Under the pieces are notes generated by a model, which had not been told where the DNA came from, ran no database searches, and saw only the letters and a list, made by a program, of their open reading frames with translations. The translations under genes were made by a program, and so were the position numbers. A DNA stretch of 64,000 bases from Mobula birostris (taxonomy: Eukaryota): contig NC_092380.1 in the NCBI RefSeq assembly GCF_030028105.1, forward strand, positions 52,263,717 through 52,327,716. Direction: 5' to 3'. Of this stretch, positions 1-11,504 are shown piece after piece; position 1 is the first letter of the stretch, and each line of letters begins with the position of its first letter.

Positions 1-1009
1 TATCCAGTGACTAATACTAATGTTGACAGCTGGAATCCCAGTGCTGGTATCCAAAGCACCCGTGCTCTTAGCCTCCCACCCGAACATGACGGGTTTATTT
101 CTCCTGCACTGTCAATCCATGATATAACTCAATTCATGCCAATATATTATCTCCAATCCCAGAAGTTAAGGCAGTTGCAACCAATTACACTGATAATCAT
201 ACTGTCATAGTATTTTCTGAGATTTCCCCAAGCAGTGTTAGATTTGCTCATGGACTTGCACTACAGTTCTTCTATTTCTAACGTTTATTTTGTTCGGGTG
301 CAAGTCATGTATGATTTATGCTAATTTAAGTTTACATGAACATGTTTGTCATCATCTTGTAATGTTACATACTTCTGCAAAGGGCTAATTATTATGGCAT
401 TTATATTGCGTGTGTGCGCATCTTTGACAATAAACTTGGACAATTATTACAATTAGGAAGGAACGGGGGAACACCAACTGCAACTTAATTTTCTAGATGT
501 CTCTGCGCAGAATGCTTAATACTTGTAAATCAACAGGTTTGTAGGTATTTCAGAACCCGATAAGACTAGAAAATACCTTTTGATTTTAATTTTACTTGCT
601 CCCAGATACATGAGCCGTTGGACGCCTCCTGGCTACTGCACAGTGCCTAAACCTGCACTTGAGTTTGCATCTAATTTTGCTGTAAATCATGACTGAATTT
701 TATGGGGACAAAATTCAGCCATGATTTTGACACAGCTTCCACTGTCATACATGATGTTTGACAATACAGCTGGATACCAGACTTATAAACCTCGTTTCTG
801 AAATCTAGCATGAATTCCACAGTTCGGTTAGTAGCTATATAAATTAATTGGACTTGCATCAGGCCTCTCTTGGAGCTTCAGCCTTTTGTCTTGCTGAGTG
901 TGAATACGTACAATGATAAAAAACTCAAATCAGTGTTTAATTACGACCCTTGCGAACTGAAGCAAAATGACTAAATCAACATAAAGTCAGTAAGCAAGAA
1001 AAGGCATTT

Positions 1010-1550
1010 CAAAGTAAATTTATTGCCAGCATACCTATATGTCATCATGTACCATTCTGAGATTCGCTTTCTTGTAGGCATCCACAGTAAATACAACGAA
1101 ACACAATTAGGAACACCTTTAACAAATTTCTACAGAAGTATAGTGGAAAGCATTCTGAGTGGTTGCATGACCGCCTGGTATGGAGGCTCCATTGAATAGG
1201 ATTGGAAAAGCTGAAGAGGGTATTGACTCAGCGAGCTCAATCGCATTCAAAGACACCTTCATAAAGCAGCGCCTCAAGAAAATGGCATCAATCATTGAGG
1301 AGCATCACCATCCAGGACATGCCATGACCTCTTCTCATTAGCACCAAAGTGGTGGTACAAGAGCCTGCAGAAACAGCTTCCTGAACAGTCTATGACACTA
1401 CCTCAGTATTTTATTCTCTTTTTGCACTTAAAAAATATCTTCCGTTGTAACTTACAGTAAATTTTTATGTACAGTATTCCATTGTACTGCTGCCACAAAG
1501 CAACAAATTTCATGATTTTATGTGAGTGATAATAAATCTAATTCTGATTT
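1010..1550. mobile_element. Rex1/Babar-type LINE 3' fragments (short minus-strand tail plus a plus-strand 3' end)
   Basis: Decayed 'TNFYR..VESILSGC.TAWYG' coding and tail 'tgataataaatctaattctga'; the same motifs occur at 28903-30020 and 42320-42836. Confidence 0.7.
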
Positions 1551-3566
1551 AATTAAGGTGTTGCTAGAGTGATGTCAGATAGATAGACTAGATAATGTTG
1601 AGAGGTTCCCTTCTGTAAAGAATACTCATTTGTGGAGCATTGAGAATTAAATACCTTCACGGTCTGATTACTTCGAGCAGCTTTAAATCGAAACTAAATT
1701 TAAACTTTCAAATTCCAATGGTTTGATCTGAACTGACACTCAATGGATTACATAGTTAGTAACGTGGCAGATGAAAGTCAATTTACACTTTAAGATAAAA
1801 AAAATTGCTCTTCTGAATCTGACAATGCTTGCTGTTACATTACAAAATGGAAAACATTTTTTGAAGCAGACAAAAAGATTTTGAAGCATGTTCCTCTGCT
1901 TGCAGTCTGTAAAACTGGACAATGTAAAATCAAATGCACCAGCTCCTCCAATTTCAGTTTGGGTCACAGTTTAACAAGTTTAAGAGGCAGTTTTAACTTT
2001 AAACATGAATATAGGAATTGTTCATGCAATTGTTAACAATCGCGAGAAATAACTTAAGAGGTATTCCCATATGCATGGTCTCTAACATATGGGACACATC
2101 AACTCCAAAACAGAAAGCAAATGAAATAATGTGGACTCTAGGTCCAATGGATAAATGTGAGATTATAAATGACACGTGCTTTCCATCCTTCTTTCTCGTT
2201 CGTGAATATCATTGAGCTCATCCTTTTTCATGCATTTAGCAGTTCCATGCTTTCTTGGTGCACTTCTAAAATGTGTCAGAAGATATTTATTTTGAAGGGA
2301 ATGACTACAAGAGGGTATGCACAGCTGAATAGAGAACACTGAGAAAAAGTATCAACTCACCCAGAAATTTTTCAGACTGTACTTAAGATGAAATTATTAA
2401 TGTCTAAATGCCCAAGGCTATCAATGTCGGCAAACTGGATTTACATTTGAAATGGATGCAACGTTCATACAAATTAAATATCTTTTGACTCTGGAATAGT
2501 GGGTAGAGATACTACTTCAAAATAACTGTTAACATTTGGCACTGGAAAACATGGAAATAAAGGCAGAACAAAGGTTAAGGTGCAACAGATGAAGAAACTG
2601 GAGGTAAAATTGCTATCTTTTATGCCTTTTAGAAATCATTTAAGAACTATTAATTAGACACAGTATGCATTGGTGCAAGGACAATGGTTAAGATTTGTTT
2701 ATATCATACATATTCAGGGATCCAAAGAAAATAATTCTTGAATGAATGGTTATCGTAGATGGAATAGAATGCATACATGCCCAATAAACTGGTGTAATCT
2801 GTACTATGAGCACTTTCGGCATATGTACAAGGCAGTTATCACGGTAAATGCCTGGGGGAATTAGGAATTCATGCCTGCAGGGTGCATCTGGGTTTTATTC
2901 ATTTGGTTCTCAAAAACATCCACAGTGCTTCAATAGGAATCTCTAGATATTAACAAAAAGAGAAAGGATGAAAATTGGGTCATAATACTGGGGGGAAAAG
3001 CAAACATGAACTGGAGTTTGGGTAGCTCTTGTAAGAAGGAAGGGAAAAGATGGATAGGGCAGTACTGTATCAGTATAACCCAAAGAGTAGATGAAAGAAG
3101 TGCTACATACCACAACTCTAAATTAGAGGCAGTGCTGGCCAAAATTAAAATAACGACTGAAAAAGTTTACTTTCAGCACCATCTCTGCCCCCACAGTAAG
3201 AAAAGGCAGATAGTTTGTTGTACGTAAACGATCTTCAAAATATTCCTGATGTGCAAGCTGTGGGACGTTGGGATTTTTAATACAAAAGGAATGGTAGGCG
3301 AGTTCTTTTCAGCAGATGCAATACCGATTTTGACCACGAGTTTTTGGAAAAGAATGAAATCTGCATATGAAAACATTAAAGTACTCAAATGGAAGGAATA
3401 CACATGTAAATTAAATCTAATGTTATCAATGCAGTATGTGTACATTGCAATGGTTATACATAGGATTAAAAGGTTTATTTTGGAATAATAGCGGCAGGGA
3501 TACGAGAAAAAACAATGACAGTCGATGTTTGCAATGTGAATAGTGTAGCTTGTCATTCTTTTTTAT

Positions 3567-3809
3567 CAGAGGATTCCCTAAGTCAGACAACACCAATAGG
3601 CGGACCACAGGCCAGGTCCGGACCATGGGAACCAGATGTCTGGACTGCGCCGACCCACTGGCATTTATGTGAACGCACCTGTCATAACATGTAAATAAAG
3701 CGCGTGCTGCTCTAATTTATTTTAACATCATCCCACACTGTACATTTGAGGCCTACACCCCTGTAGAGCACGAATTTGGCCCTTGTGGAAAACTAATTGG
3801 GGAACCCTG
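3567..3809. mobile_element. Old hAT (Charlie-like) MITE
   Basis: Imperfect termini cagaggattccc ... ggggaaccctg resemble CAGGGGTTCCC-type hAT TIRs; 8-bp TSD poorly preserved. Confidence 0.45.
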
Positions 3810-4149
3810 CCTTAAATTGATTTCGATTACCACTGAGAGTTTTCACGGAATACTTAACTGATGCTAATATGCTTATACTTTTGTGAAAAACTGGTCAATT
3901 TTTTTCTGATATGCAATCAATTTGATTGAAAATATGAACATTCTAGGCTACCTTCTCGAGTAGATGTGACCAGAGAATATGTATTGCATGTAGGGACTAG
4001 CCATTTTTTAAAATCTATAGCCAAATCAGCTATGTTGTTGAACTGCTTTAATGTAGTAACAGATAATCCAGCAAGATTTTGTTGACACTGAACAGTAAAT
4101 TAAAAAAAATTCTTATTAGAGATTAAATAGTTACCACCATCAAGATGTA

Positions 4150-5760
4150 GAGTGCCTATAAAAAGTATTCACCCCTCTTGGAGGTTTGCATGTTTTATTG
4201 TTTTACAACATTGAATCACAATGGATTTAATTTGGCTTTTTTGACACTGATCAACAGAAAAAGACTCTCTTGTCAAGTTGAAAACAGAATCTCTACAGAG
4301 TGATCCAAATTACAAATATAAAACACAAAACAATTGATTGCATTAGTATTCACCCACTTTAACATGACACACCAAATTATCACTGGCTTTAGAAGTCACA
4401 TAATTAGTTATAAGGAGATCTGTTCTTGTAGACCTATGTACAGTCAAGGTGTTTCAATTGATTGTAGTGAAAATACACAGGAATCTGGAAGGTCCAACTA
4501 TTGGTGAGTCAGTATCCTGGCAAAAACTACACCATGAAGACAAAAGAACATTCCAAGCAACTCCACGAAAAGGGTATTGAAAAGTACAAGTCAGGAGATG
4601 GATACAAGAAAATTTCCCAGTCATTGAATATCCTTTGGAGTACAGTTAAGTCAATCATCAAGAAATGGAAAGAATATGGCACAGCTTTAAATCTGCCTGG
4701 AGGAGGCCATCCTCAAAAACTGAGTAATCAAGCATGGAGGGAGGCCACCAAAAGAACTTTGACAAATCTGGAAGAGTTACAAGTTTCAGTGGCTGAGATG
4801 GGACAGACTGCACATACAACAACTGTTGCCCGGGTGTTTTTTACTGTTGCAGATTTATGGGAGATTGGCAAAGAGAAAGGCGCTTTGAGAAAAAACTCAC
4901 ATGAAATCTCAGCTATAGTTTGCCAGAAGGCATGTGGGAGACTCTGTCATCAGCTGGAAGAAGGTTCGATTGTCTGATGAAATCAATATTGAGCTTTTTG
5001 GTCAACAGACTAAATGCTATGTTTGGTTTAAGCCAAACACTGCACATCATCAAAACATCACCATCCCTACAATGAAGCATGGTGGTGACTGCATCATGCT
5101 GTGGGGTGCTTCACTGCAGTGGGCCCTGGAGGCCTTGTGAAGGTAGAGAGTAAAATGCATTCAGCGAAATACAGGGAAATCCTGGAGAAAAACCTGACGC
5201 AGACTGCAAGGGAACTGCAACCTGGAAGAAGATTTGTTTTCCAGCAAGACAATAACCCCAAGCATAAAGCCAGAGCTACACAGGAATGGCTTAAAAACAA
5301 CGAAGTTAATGTCCTGGAATGAGTTAATGTCAGAGTCCAAACCTCAATCCAATTGAGAATTTGTGATTGGACTTGAAAAGGGCCGTTCACTCATGATCCC
5401 CACGCAATCTGACAGAGCTTGAACAGTTTTATAAAGAAAAATGGAGGAAAATGCAGTGTCCTGATGTACGAAGCTGATAGAGATCTATACACACAATCTC
5501 AAGGTGCCAAAGGTGTATCTACTAAATACTGACCTGAAAGGGGTGAATACCTATGCAATCAATTATTTTGTGTTTTATATTTGTAAGTCATTTAGATCAC
5601 TTTGTAGAGACCTGTTTTCATTTCAACACGAAAGTGTCTTTTTCTGTTGATCATTGTCAAAAAGCCAAATTAAATCCACTGTGATTCAATATTGTAAAAC
5701 AATAAAACATGAAAACTTCCGGGGGGGGGGGGTGGTGCTGAATACTTTTTATAGGTTCTG
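4150..5760 (+). mobile_element. Full-length defective Tc1 transposon (DD34E-type, IR/DR long TIRs)
   Basis: TA at 4148-49 and 5761-62. TIRs of about 210 bp with an internal repeat 'agtattcacc'. Frameshifted transposase from ATG 4534: HTH region (GYKKISQSLNI), LSDE, FQQDNNPKH, PNLNPIEN. Confidence 0.95.
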
Positions 5761-5862
5761 TATTTGTATTACTATGACAATACTGGAGGATTCGGTATTG
5801 AAGTGTGCTGCTAAACAACCATAACACATTTCTACACAAGAGGTATACTTGCAATGTGACAT

Positions 5863-6113
5863 TTTATTCAGTAATCTACAGATGAGAGATTAACCAGTAT
5901 CTTCATTGTTTTAAGCTACAAAAATTACTTTGAAGATATTCTGGTTTATGCGACAGATATTGAAAACAACTCTTGCTCAGCATGTCAAAAACGTGAAATG
6001 CAGATTTTCCATCCTGTGTTATGGATCTCCACTTCTGAGCTGCCTGTCAGGCTTGTTCATTTTCTGCTACTGACAATGAAACTGCTGGAGGAACTCTTTA
6101 ATCATCAAGAGCA
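5863..6113 (-). other. Candidate alternative terminal exon of AMBRA1 (coding part 6113-6098: V-A-L-D-D-stop, then 3' UTR with AATAAA)
   Basis: Minus-strand acceptor gtttctctctttctcctgtcAG ending at 6114. Splicing to the 140-nt exon gives GT|T GCT CTT GAT GAT TAA. AATAAA on the minus strand at 5868-5863. No transcript evidence. Confidence 0.3.
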
Positions 6114-6949
6114 CTGACAGGAGAAAGAGAGAAACTTGCTTGAGGAACAAAGAAAGTACATAAGAACTTGAAGGCAAGGCCCTTATCTTCTTTAATACAA
6201 AGCTGATGTAAAGTAAAATGTAGCTCCTTTGGGTTCACATTTCTGATAGCTTGAGTCAACCTCTGTGATATTTTACAATATTACAGTTGCTTACATGTTG
6301 CATGTACTTCTATTACTCTCATATAGACTGAGAATTTCTAATAAAATATTAACTTACAACAAAAAAAATCGTTGAGCATTTTGTCTGTCTTTAATTCTAT
6401 CACAGGTATTAAAAATCACTTCTTTTATGAACTACACGCAGTGGCCATTTTATTAGATACCTCCTGTACCTAATAAACTAGCCCCTGAGTGTATGATAGT
6501 GGTCTTCTGCTGCTGTAGCCATCCACTTCAATGTTTGAAATGTTGCATGTTCAGAGATATACTTCTGCACACCATTGCTATAGCACAGATATTTCAATTA
6601 CTGTTGCCTCTCAGTCAGCTTTACCAGTTTGGTCACTCTGCTCAGACCTCTCACATTAAAAAGGCATTTTCACCCGCAGAACTGCCACTCACTGGATGTT
6701 TTTGACTTTTTGCACCATTCTCTGCAAACTTGAGAGACCGTTGTGTGTGAAAATCCCAGGAGATCAGCAGATTCTGTGATGCTCAAGCCACTCCATTTGG
6801 CACCAACAATCATTCCATTGTCAAAGTCACTTAGATCACATTTCTAAACGCAAACACGAGGAAATCTGCAGATGCTGGAAATTCAAGTAACACACACAAA
6901 AAATGCTGGTGAACACAGCAGGCCAGGCAGCATCTATAGGAAGAGGTAT

Positions 6950-6985
6950 GGTTGACGTTTCGGGCTGAGACTCTTCGTCAGGACT
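6950..6985 (-). ncRNA. PLE hammerhead copy with stem I and II mismatches
   Basis: Reverse complement reads agtc-ctgacga-a-gag-tctcag-ccc-gaaa-c-gtc-aacc. Confidence 0.6.
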
Positions 6986-7948
6986 AACTGAAAGAAGAGA
7001 TAGTAAGAGATTTGAAGGTGGGAGGGGGAGGGGGAGATCCGAAATGATAGGAGAAGACAGGAGGGGGAGGGATGGAGCCAAGAGCTGGAAAGTTGATTGG
7101 CAAAAGGGATTCGAAGCTGGAGAAGGGAAATGATCATGGGATGGGAGGCCTAGGGAGAAAGAAAGCCGGGGGGGGGGTACGGGGGTGGGGGGGAAGCCCA
7201 GAGGATAGGCAAGGAGTTATAGTGAGAGCGACAGAGGGAGAAAAAAAGAGGGGAAAAAGGGGAAAAAATAATAATAGATAAATTAATAAGGGATGGGGTA
7301 CGAAGGGGAGGTGGGGCATTAACGGAAGTTAGAGAAGTCAATGTTCATGCCACCAGGTTGGAGGCTACCCAGACGGAATATAAGGTTTTGTTCCTCCAAC
7401 CTGAGTGTGGCTTCATCTTGACAGTAGAGGAGGCCGTGGATAGACATATCAGAATGGGAATAGAACGTGGAATTAAAATGTGTGGCCACTGGGAGATCCT
7501 GCTTTCCCTGGCGGACAGAGCGTAGGTGTTCAGTGAAACGGTCTCCCAGTCTGCGTCGGGTCTCCGCATCGGGAGCATGGCCTCCTCCATTGTCAAGATG
7601 AAGCCACACTCAGGTTGGAGGAACAACACTTCCGTCTGGGTAGCCTCCAACCTGATGGCATAACTACCGTTAATGCCCCACCTCCCTTTTGTACCCAATC
7701 CCTTATTTATTTCTTTTAATTTTTCCCTTTTTTCCCTCTCTTTTTTCTCCTTCTGTCCCTCTCACTATAACTCCTTGCCCATCCTCTGGGCTCCCCCCTC
7801 ACTTTCTTTCTTCCTAGGCCTCCTGTCCCATGATCCTCTCATATCCCTTTTGCCAATCAACTTTCCAGCTCTTGGCTCCAACCCTCTCCCTCCTGTCTTC
7901 TCTTATCATTTCGGATCTCCCCCGCTTCAAATCTTTTACTACCTTGCT

Positions 7949-7984
7949 AGTCCTGACGAAGGGTCTCGGCCCGAAACGTCGACT
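7949..7984 (+). ncRNA. Minimal type-I hammerhead ribozyme (intact core) in the PLE terminus
   Basis: AGUC-CUGACGA-A-GGG-UCUCGG-CCC-GAAA-C-GUC^-GACU: stem I AGUC/GACU, stem II GGG/CCC, conserved CUGANGA and GAAA boxes, GUC cleavage triplet, loopless palindromic stem III (ACGU). Confidence 0.8.
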
Positions 7985-8450
7985 GTACCTCTTCCTATAG
8001 ATGCTGCCTGGCCTGCTGCGTTCACCAGCATTTTTTGTGTGTGTTACTAGATCTCATTTATTCTCCATTCTCATGTTTGGTCTGAACAACTAAACCTCAT
8101 GACCATGTCTGCATGCTTTTATGCATTGACTTGCTGCCAGATGATTGGCTGATTAGATATCTGCATGAATGAGCAGGTGTATATGTATACCCAATACAGT
8201 GCCAACCGAATATATATTCCAATATAATGCAACACAATTATGTTTGATATAACCTAATATAATTATACAATTATCTGTTATCCTGGTGCTCAAGGAATGA
8301 GAACCATTCAATATTAACTCAAACATCTTGTGGAATTTCAATTGAATGTGGATTGGATGCTTTACCAGAGAGTTCATTGAATCGGTTTAATGCTGATCAT
8401 TTCCTGAAAACTATTTCAGAGTTGGTTTGAGAAAATAAAGAATTCACATT

Positions 8451-10196
8451 AAGATGGATAAGTCACCTGTACCACATGGACTATATGCCAAGGTTCTGAA
8501 AGAGGTGGCTGAAAAGATTGTGCAGCCATTAGTAATGACCTTTAAAGAATCACTAGATTTTGGAATGGCTCTGGAGGACTGGAAAATTGCAAACATCACC
8601 CCACTCTTCAAGGGAGGGAGGCAGAAGAAAGCAAATTATAGGCCAGTTAACTTCACCACAGTGGTTGGGAAGATGTTGGAGTTGGTTGATGGTTAAGGAT
8701 GAGGTGGGTATTTGGAGGCACATGATAAAATAGGCCAAGGTCAGCGTGATTTTCTCAAGGGAAAATCTGTTGGAATTCTTTGAGGAAATAACTAGCAGGA
8801 TAGACAAAGGAGAATTGGTCAATGTTGTGTACTGGATTTTACGTGATTGTGCTTAACAATATAACAGCCCATAACATTACAGGGAAAATAGCATGGATAG
8901 CTGACTGGTTGATTGACAGGAAGCAAACAGTGGGAATAAAGGGGGCCTTTTCTGGTTGGCTGCTGATGACTAGTGCTGTTCCCCTGGGGTCACTGTTGGG
9001 ACCACGTTTTTTAAATTACATGTCAATGATTTTGATGACGAAATTGATGGCACTGTGGTCAAGTTTATGGACGATGAAAGAATAGGTGGAGGGGCAGGTG
9101 GTGTTGAGGAAGCAGGGAGGCTGCAGAAGCACTCAAGGCTGACTTATACTTCTGCGTCAACTCGACACTGTAGGTACGGCATAGCCACGAACCCTACACA
9201 GTGTCTACGCAGACACACACCTGCGTGTGTAGCCTGACACACACCTCTCCAAAAATGTAACTACACGTTGCGGCAACGCAGACCACAACAACTGTGATTG
9301 GTCTGCTTGGTAGCATTGCATTTCCTCCTATGCTGCAATAGCTTCCCCTTGGGCGACTGACGGGCAGGGAAGGAACTCTGGCTGCAATGCTTTCTATTAA
9401 GCTTTATAGACCTCCGAAATTACGGAGGACACATTTCGCTTTTACGAAAAAAGACGCTCGCTTTAAACTTGTTTACTCCGAGAAAGACTACCATGACCAT
9501 GAAGTCTTGCGTGGGCAGGGGTGTGCGCATGTGCGACGTGCCTGAATTGCAGAGCGGCGCAGACACACCAACGCACAAGTATAAATGCTCACAATGCGTG
9601 TAGGCCACTTGCGTAGGTTACGGCGTCAAGTTGATGCACAAGTATAAATCAGCCTTTAGACAGATTCAGAGAATGGGGCAAAGAAGTTGCAGATGGAATA
9701 CAGTATTGGGAGGTGGAGGGTCATGCACTTTGATGGAAGAAACAAAAGCATAGACTATTTTCTAAGTGGGCAGAAAATCCAAAAATCTGAGCTGAAAAGG
9801 GACTTGGGAGTCCTTGTGAAAGACTCTCTGAAGTTTAACTTGCAGTTTGTGTCAGTGGTAAGGAGGCAAGTGCAATATTAAGTATTCATTTTGAGAGGAG
9901 TAGAATATAAAAACAAGAATATAATGCTGAGGCTTTATAAGGTACTGGTGAGGAACTATTGTGAGCAGTTTTGGGCCCCTTATCAAAGAAAGGATTCTCT
10001 GACTTTGGACAGGGTTCAGAGGAGGTTCACAAGAATGATTCTGGGAATGAAAGGGTTATCATATGAGAAGTATTTGATGGCCCTGGCACTGTACTCACTG
10101 GAATTTAGAAAAATGAGGGATGACTTCATTGAAATCTATCAAATGTTGAAAGGCGTCGATAGAGTGGATGTGGAGAGGATGTTTCCTATGGTGGGA
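8451..10196 (+). mobile_element. CR1 LINE ORF2 remnant interrupted by a Harbinger MITE
   Basis: Fragments DWKIANITPLFK, NYRPV, VPLGSLLGP, KFMDD, VQRRFTRMI; many stops and frameshifts. Confidence 0.9.
9136..9655. mobile_element. PIF/Harbinger-type MITE (520 bp)
   Basis: TIRs aggctgacttatacttctgcgtcaactcgac / gtcaagttgatgcacaagtataaatcagcct. 3-bp TSD tca/tta (TWA type). The CR1 host sequence resumes after the element. Confidence 0.8.
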
Positions 10197-10424
10197 ATTC
10201 CGCAAGAATTCACAAGAAATTCTGCAGGTACTGGAAATCCTGAGTATCGCTTGAGTTCTTGAGTTTCTCCAGTATTTTGTGTGTGTATTTATGAGAAATT
10301 AATATAAAATTAATTATTTTTCTGGCCTTAAATAGTTTGGAAATCATCATACAAATTGCAGACCACAGGCAGCATAATGGAATCAGAACATTAATACTTA
10401 AAATATGCTCAAAGATTATAAAAG

Positions 10425-11492
10425 CTTTGACAAGATCCTGCATGTGAGGTTGGTCAAGAAGGTTCAGTCACCTGGCGTTCAGGATTAGACATTGGCTTTG
10501 CAGGAAAAGCTAGAGTGTGATAGTAAATGGTTGCCTCACTGGCTGGAGGCCTGTGATTAGTAATGTGATGCGAGGATCAGTGCTGAGTCTGTTGTTGTTT
10601 GTGGTAAACTTGATCAGCAAACTTGCAGATGACACCAATATTAGGGGTGTAGTGGACAGTGAGAAAGGCTATCAAGGCTTCTAGTGGATCTGAACCAGCT
10701 GGAAAAAATGGTCTGAAAAATGGCAGACGGAATTTAATGCAGACAAGTGTGGGATATTGCACTTTGGGAGGACAATGAATGGTCGGGAACTGAGCAGTAC
10801 AGTAGAACAGAGCGATCTGGGGATACAGATCCAAAGTGGTATCAAGGTACATAGGAGTGTAAAGTAAGCTTTTGGTACACTGGCCTTCATAAATCAAAGT
10901 ATTGAGTACAGGAGTTGATATGTTATGTTGAAGTTGTACAAGATGTTGGAGAGTCCTAATTTGGAGTACTGTGTGCACTTCTGATCACCTGCTTACAGGA
11001 AAGATATCAATAAGATTGAAAGAGTGCAGAGAAGATTTACAAGGACGTTAATGGGACTTTATGACCTGAGTTACAGGGAAAAGTTGAATAGGTAGAACTT
11101 TATGCCCTGGAGCATAGGAGGATGAGGGGAGATTTGACAGAGGTATACAAAATTATGAGGGGTATAGATAGGGCAAATGCAAGCATGCTTTTTCCATTGA
11201 GGTAGGGTGAGATTACAAATAGAAGTCATACGTTAAGGATGAAAGGTAAAATATTTAAGGGAGTATGACGGGAAACTTCTTCACTCAGAGGGCGGTGAGA
11301 GTGTGGAACGAGCTGTCTGTGAAAGAGACAGATGCAGATTTGATTTTAACATTTAAGAGAAGTTTGGGTAAGTGCATGGATGGGCTGGGTAAGGAGGGCT
11401 ATTGTCTAGGTCCAGGTCAATGGGATGAGGCAGAATAATAGTTCGGCATTGACTTGATGGCCCAAAGGACCAGTTTCTGTGCTGTAGTGCTC
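10425..11492 (+). mobile_element. CR1 LINE 3' portion
   Basis: SKLADDT-like RT motif, 'IERVQRRFTR', and 3' tail 'tttctgtgctgtagtg'. Confidence 0.88.
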
Positions 11493-11504
11493 TGGAAAGA
11501 AATG

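Larger units (their letters stand above)
6846..8047. mobile_element. Penelope-like element, inverted pseudo-LTR arrangement, with GIY-YIG C-terminal remnant
   Basis: Minus ORF 7319-7609 'ETRRRLGDRFTEHLRSV...PVATHFNS...RLEEQNLIFRLGSLQPGGMNIDF' is a GIY-YIG end. About 6890-7440 is the reverse complement of about 7575-8047. 12-bp TSD with 1 mismatch (6832-6843 / 8048-8059). Confidence 0.9.
6435..8212. mobile_element. Tc1-derived non-autonomous element split by a PLE insertion (host parts about 6435-6843 and 8048-8212)
   Basis: Left end TA-cacgcagtggccattttattag with a local hairpin (6435-6492). Decayed reverse-complement end at about 8190-8212 followed by TA. Host sequence resumes after a duplicated tagatc(a/t)cattt. 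Confidence 0.7.

Noticed and set aside
1740-1967. Minus ORF beginning 'TQTE', resembling the AMBRA1 TQT motif
   Set aside because: In-frame TAA two codons upstream, no AG acceptor, and the remainder is unlike the AMBRA1 tail.
4501-5390. Tc1 ORFs as an active transposase gene
   Set aside because: Split over several frames with stops; defective.
5721-5732. Poly-G run (also G-rich tracts at 7168-7193 and near 38175) as functional G-quadruplex
   Set aside because: They lie inside transposon copies and look like slippage or homopolymer errors; the opposite TIR lacks the run.
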